From Macrostomum lignano (lineage: Eukaryota), in assembly GCA_002269645.1 (NCBI GenBank), contig NIVC01001389.1, positions 1 through 64,000 of the forward strand: a DNA stretch of 64,000 nt. Direction: 5' to 3'. How positions within the stretch are numbered: position 1 is the stretch's first letter; each line of letters opens with the position of its first letter. The position numbers and the translations under genes were made by a program. Shown here piece by piece: positions 58,293 to 64,000 of this stretch. Below the pieces are notes generated by a model. The model searched no databases. It worked only from the letters and a program-made list of their open reading frames with translations, and had not been told where the DNA came from.

Positions 58293-61200
58293 ATGCCGCT
58301 GGGATATCCAGCTGGTGCTGTGAGATCTTTCAACGGCGGCTGGGCAACTCTGCTGCTCCTGATGGCCACGCTGCCAGCTGGTGAGTAATTTCACTTTGAG
58401 TCGATTCTCGCTGTTCAAGTAAATTCTCACATTTGTGTCCGCCACTTGCAGCCCTCAGCGTCTGGAAGGACAAAAACTGGAATGATCAGCTGGACGACTG
58501 GTGGCACTACAGGACTGGCATCATCGGGGGTGAGTCTTGCCCTATTAGGCCATTAGACTATTTCAACTGATAAGTCTCCTTCTATTAGGCAATTAGACTA
58601 TTTCAACTGATAGCAGTCTTGCCCTATTAGGCAATTAGACTATTTCAACTGATAACAGTCTTGCCCTATTAGGCAATTAGACTATTTCAACTGATAGCAG
58701 TCTTGCCCTATTAGGCAATTAGACTATTTCAACTGATAGCAGTCTTGCCCTATTAGGCAATTAGACTATTTCAACTGATAGCAGTCTTGCCCTATTAGGC
58801 AATTAGACTATTTCAACTGATAGCAGTCTTGCCCTATTAGGCAATTAGACTATTTCAACTGATAGCAGTCTTGCCCTATTAGGCAATTAGACTATTTCAA
58901 CTGATAACAGTATTGCCCTATTAGGCAATTAGACTATTTCAACTGATAAAAGTCTCCTTCTATTAGGCAATTAGACTATTTCAACTGATAGCAGTCTTGC
59001 CCTATTAGGCAATTAGACTATTTCAACTGATAACAGTATTGCCCTATTAGGCAATTAGACTAATACAACTGATAGCAGTATTGCCCTATTAGGTCATTAG
59101 AGCATTTAAACTCTCTTATTAGGCATTATTAGCCTCACATCCATAGTAACTGCTAGCTTTGCGAGTAAAAATGAAATTATGAAATTTGCACTCACTGGTT
59201 TCTGGAGCTGACAAGAGCACAAATGTACAAAACTGCTCACTCGCCCAGCTGCAGTGCCAATACGATCGATTCTGCAATCGAGGCCACCCGAGGTGCGAGT
59301 TCGGGGAGAAATTTGGGGGGGCACCCCAGGACACAAATATGGGAATAAAAACACTGAGATATCCTGAGCAGAGATTCCCAGCTCACCCATGACTGCCCGG
59401 TGCGGCCAGCATTCATCGCCAATAAGTATAATTTTCCCTGCTCATGCAGAATCCCCCACTTGTCCCAGCCATTGATTTGAGACCTGCTCAGATCTGCCTT
59501 GGCTCCGTCCGCGCCTCCTTCATCCCTTACAGCCTCTCGAACTCTCCCAGGCCGCCCCAGCTGGCCAGGAGGGTCAGTTATATAAGTTGAGGATCTGGGA
59601 TTTCAAAGCTGACCAAATTTGAGGCGCCTCATCGCCTATCAGCCTCCGCGGCTCTAATTGAACTCGAATGGCCGCGGTCTTCGCGCCCTGAAATCTCATT
59701 CGGCACGAGTTCCCACTCGCCTCCTTGATCCGCTGCCAAGAGTCTCTCCGTCTACGAGTGGCTGCGGGACTGCGATTTTCATTTTTTCCGCGATTTAATT
59801 ACGAGACTTTCGAATGGGGTTGCGGAGTTGCTGGGATCGCCGCCCGCGCATGCAGCCATAACTCTCTGCTGGAGATTTTTCTAATTTTCCCCAATTTCGA
59901 TTCGGCAACTGTCAGCGTCTCTGGTTCGCTCTGGCACTCAAATCACTCAGTTCTAGTCACTCCGTTCTAGTCACTCCGTTCTAGTCACCGCCTTCTAGTC
60001 ACTCCGTTCTAGTCACTCCGTTCTAGTCACCGCCTTCTAGTCACTCCGTTCTAGTCACTCCGTTCTAGTCACTCCGTTCTAGTCACTCCGTTCTAGTCAC
60101 TCCGTTCTAGTCACTCCGTTCTAGTCACTCCGTTCTAGTCACTCCGTTCTAGTCACTCCGTTCTAGTCACTCCGTTCTAGTCACTCCGTTCTAGTCACTC
60201 CGTTCTAGTCACTCCGTTCTAGTCACTCCGTTCTAGTCACTCCGTTCTAGTCACTCCGTTCTAGTCACTCCGTTCTAGTCACTCCGTTCTAGTCACTCCG
60301 TTCTAGTCACTCCGTTCTAGTTACTCCACTCTAGTCACTCCACTCTAGTCACTCCCTTCTAGTCACTCCCTTCTTAGTCACTCCCTTTTAGTCACTCCCT
60401 TTTTAGTCACTCCCTTCTTAATCACTCCCTTCTAGTCACTCCCTTCTAGTCACTCCGTTCTAGTCCCTGCCATCTAGTCACCATATTTTTCGACACTTTG
60501 TTCTAATCGTTCCATTCTCGTTAACCTATTCTATTCACCCCCATTTCTGTTCCTCTTTTCTTGTCACTATTCGATTATGCTGTCACTCTACGACGCTGCA
60601 ATCACTCTATCCTAGTCACTCCATTCTACTTACTCAACTCTAACCCTACTTTTCCGGTCACTATTCTCGTCACCCTACTCTAGTCACCCTACTCTAGTCA
60701 CCCTACTCTAGTCACCCTACTCTAGTCACCCTACTCTAGTCACCCTACTCTAGTCACCCTACTCTAGTCACCCTACTCTAGTCACCCTACTCTAGTCACC
60801 CTACTCTAGTCACCCTACTCTAGTCACCCTACTCTAGTCACCCTACTCTAGTCACCCTACTCTAGTCACCCTACTCTAGTCACCCTACTCTAGTCACCCT
60901 ACTCTAGTCACCCTACTCTAGTCTACTCTAGTCACTCTACTCTAGTCACCCTACTCTAGTCACTCTACTCTAAGTCACCCTACTCTCCGCAGGCCCGGAG
61001 CAGTGGGGCCGCAAGGCCTACATGACCTACAATCTGTGGCAGATCTGCCATCGAGGCAGGCACCAATCGCCCATAAACATATCGACTGCTAACCTGGTCT
61101 ACGACTCGAACCTGGGACCTCTGACCCTGACCGGAGCTGATGAAGCGGTAAGGAGAATCGAAGCTTCGTTGGTTAGTTGATCAACTCACGAAGCACCCAT

Positions 61201-63593
61201 TCCCATTGAACACTGTGGGTCAGCACGCATTCCCATTGAACACTGTGGGTCAGCACGCATTCCCATTGAACACTGTGGGTCAGCACCCATTCCCATTGAA
61301 CACTGTGGGTCAGCACCCATTCCCATTGAACACTGTGGGTCAGCACGCATTCCCATTGAACACTGTGGGTCAGCACGCATTCCCATTGAACACTGTGGGT
61401 CAGCGCGCATTCCCATTGAACACTGTGGGTCAGCACGCATTCCCATTGAACACTGTGGGTCAGCACGCATTCCCATTGAACACTGTGGGTCAGCACGCAT
61501 TCCCATTGAACACTGTGGGTCAGCACGCATTCCCATTGAACACTGTGGGTCAGCACGCATTCCCATTGAACACTGTGGGTCAGCACGCATTCCCATTGAA
61601 CACTGTGGGTCAGCACGCATTCCCATTGAACTATAGGCAGAGAACAGACTCAAGAATGACATCAGCTAGCAAAGGGCTGATGTGCTCTATAAATATTCTT
61701 ATTTGATCTTAGCGCTACAGAGAGACTCCAGTCAAAAGGGTATTGACTTTCCCAGCTTCAAGGTAACTCTGCAGCTCTGCCGCGCTACCTTGCTTTTGGA
61801 GTCTCTTTGACGCAAACAGCTTCTCCATTTTCCTCGTCGAAGGCGTGGCGTGGCTCTCTGCTCAAATCGATGAAGCCTTCTCTGACTCCATCAGCGATCA
61901 GCGATGGGCGGAACCACCCGGAAGCTGAGCTCCAAGTGCTCCGATAACGACTCTGGGGGAAGATGCCGCTGCTCGCCCACACCCAGCCTCCGCAGCCTCT
62001 GTTTTACAATTCTCCATCATCTACCCAGATTCCTGCCCAGTCAAGGACCCGCGGCCCTTGTCAGCACTGATTGGGGAGGGGGGATGAGGCTGCCAGACTC
62101 CTCCCAGATCGAGTCCGGGCAATTTTAGAGGCGAAAACTCGTGGCGGCTTTAACGAAATTTGAGTTGCGGCCCGACTTATTCATTCTCCCGCCTCTAATG
62201 ATTTGAGACGAGCCAGCCCAGTTGATGAAGCTGCTGCTGAGAGGCTGGGGGAGGCTGCGCAGAGCTGATGGGGCAGCTCTAGCAAGGCCGCACTTGGCAC
62301 ACTGAGGAGCAATGATTGACACATTCGCTGATGATCCGTGAAATGTGGATCCGGGAGTTGTGAAGTCCTCAACTGTTGCAATGAGTTTGGCGTATCATTT
62401 GGAATGGCTTTGGACAGTGGCCAGCCCATTAGAGAGGTGTGCGCACGAGAATGAGGGGGGGGGGGCTGCACGCTTGACAGGCGTGAGATTGGAGGGTGGG
62501 AAGTCAGGAAATGCAACCGGGATGATGACAAAACGATGCTGGGATAGAGGATAAATTGGGAAAAGAGGAGAAGAAGAGGAGAGAGGAGATCGGAGACTAG
62601 ATACAGTAAAGGAGAGAGGAGAGAGATGCGAGATATAGGAGAGGGAAGATGGGAGATAGGAGAGAGGAGAGGTGAGGGAGGAGAGGGGAGAGAGGATGGA
62701 AAGAAAGGAGAAGGAGAGAGTGGAAAGAAGAGAGGGGAGAGAGTGGGGAGAGAGAAGGGAGAGAGGAGAAGGGAGAGAGGAGAAGGGAGAGAGGAGAAGG
62801 GAGAGAGGAGAAGGGAGAGAGGAGAAGGAAGAGAGGAGAAGGGAGAGAGGAGAAGGAAGAGAGGAGAAGGGAGAGAGGAGAAGGGAGAGAGGAGAAGGAA
62901 GAGAGGAGAAGGGAGAGAGGAGAAGGGAGAGAGGAGAAGGGAGAGAGGAGAAGGGAGAGAGGAGAAGGGAGAGAGGAGAAGGGAGAGAGGAGAAGGGAGA
63001 GAGGAGAAGGGAGAGAGGAGAAGGGAGAGAGGAGAAGGGAGAGAGGAGAAGGGAGAGAGGAGAAGGAAGAGAGGAGAAGGGAGAGAGGAGAAGGGAGAGA
63101 GGAGAAGGGAGAGAGGAGAAGGGAGAGAGGAGAAGGAAGAGAGGAGAAGGGAGAGAGGAGAAGGAAGAGAGGAGAAGGGAGAGAGGAGAAGGGAGAGAGG
63201 AGAAGGAAGAGAGGAGAAGGGAGAGAGGAGAAGGGAGAGAGGAGAAGGGAGAGAGGAGAAGGGAGAGGGGAGAAGGGAGAGTGGAGAGGAGGGACTAGAG
63301 AATCTAATGCAGCTGTGAGTTAAAATGACGCGCACGCGCTGCACGAGTTTGCCGGGCCCAAAGCTGCCCCATTCCGGAGTCCTGCATGGTCGGCCCTCCC
63401 GGATCCGCAGATTTCCCTGTCGGTCCGCAACACGGGCCACGACATCGAGATCCGGCTGGGGTCGGAGCGGCTGGTGCTGTCGCAGGGCCCGCTCTCCTAC
63501 TCCTACACCATCTTCGGCGCGTTGATCAAGTTTGGTTCCAGATCGGACCGCGGCTCCGACCACTGGATTGACTCCAGGGCCTTTCCCGGCGAG
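58293..63593 (+). CDS. Alpha-carbonic anhydrase-related protein (CARP, CA10/CA11-like), 3' part beyond the window
   Basis: Exons 58293-58380 (hydrophobic leader), 58452-58529 (DDWWHY), 60993-61147 (GPEQWG...ICHRGRHQSPINI...YDSNLGPL), 63411-63593 (RNTGHD...GPLSYSY...IKFGS...GSDH.IDSRAFPGE|). Phases 1/1/0/0 consistent. Confidence 0.88.
58535..59100. repeat. 42-bp minisatellite beginning at the CARP exon-2 donor
   Basis: gcagtcttgccctattaggcaattagactatttcaactgata units. Confidence 0.95.
59950..60985. repeat. Two related 14-bp minisatellites (ttctagtcactccg; ctactctagtcacc)
   Basis: Arrays at about 59950-60480 and 60670-60985, sharing the tctagtcac core; the second runs into the exon-3 acceptor. 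Confidence 0.95.
61195..61632. repeat. 30-bp minisatellite
   Basis: tcccattgaacactgtgggtcagcacgcat tandem. Confidence 0.97.
62750..63290. repeat. 14-bp all-purine repeat (gagaggagaaggga)
   Basis: About 540 bp of A/G only on the plus strand. Confidence 0.96.
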
Positions 63594-63611
63594 GTGGGAC
63601 AGACATTTCTG

Positions 63612-64000
63612 CTGCTGACTCATTTCTGCTCCTGACTCATTTCTGCTTCTGACTCATTTCTGCTCCTGACTCATTTCTACTTCTGACTCATTTCTGCTCC
63701 TGACTCATTTCTGCTTCTGAATAATTTCTGCTCCTGACTCATTTCTACTTCTGAATAATTTCTGCTCATGACTCATTTCTGCTTCTGAATAATTTCTGCT
63801 CCTGACTCATTTCTGCTCCTGACTCATTTCTGCTCCTAACTCATTTCTGCTTCTGACTCATTTCTGCTTCTGAATAATTTCTGCTTCTGACTCATTTCTG
63901 CTTCTGAATAATTTCTGCTTCTGACTCATTTCTGCTTCTGAATAATTTCTGCTCCTGACTCATTTCTGCTTCTGACTCATTTCTGCTCCTGACTCATTTC
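63612..64000. repeat. 17-bp minisatellite (ctgactcatttctgctc), runs off the window
   Basis: Begins about 20 nt after the CARP exon-4 donor. Confidence 0.95.

Noticed and set aside
62181-63623. 480-aa minus ORF and 208-230-aa Arg/Glu/Gly-rich plus ORFs
   Set aside because: Generated by the 14-bp purine repeat; the real coding exon is 63411-63593.

Overview
Animal genomic DNA: GC-rich spliced exons in repeat-filled introns. The style suggests a Macrostomum-like flatworm, but that is inference. I could build six host genes by hand with GT-AG junctions in consistent phase. Plus strand: a tectonic gene (13630-16917), a ZNF532/592/687-family zinc-finger gene (46971-51548) and a 5'-part carbonic anhydrase-related protein gene (58293-63593+). 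Minus strand, in one run: RPL19 (42065-32404, 9.1-kb first intron), a peroxiredoxin-fold gene lacking the peroxidatic Cys (29240-26509), and an atypical soluble guanylyl cyclase with the O2-binding-type distal Tyr (25849-18641). The first 13 kb is decayed mobile DNA: Ty3/Gypsy elements, a DIRS/Ngaro element and a Polinton-type polymerase B fragment. RPL19 intron 1 and the region upstream hold several TIR or foldback elements, two with exact 8-bp TSDs. More than 20 distinct micro/minisatellites occur, many anchored at splice sites. Best candidate for something new: the Cys-less peroxiredoxin sits about 270 nt (polyA signal to splice acceptor) upstream of the candidate O2-sensing cyclase, in an operon-like arrangement. 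All calls are by-eye motif recognition; no searches were run.
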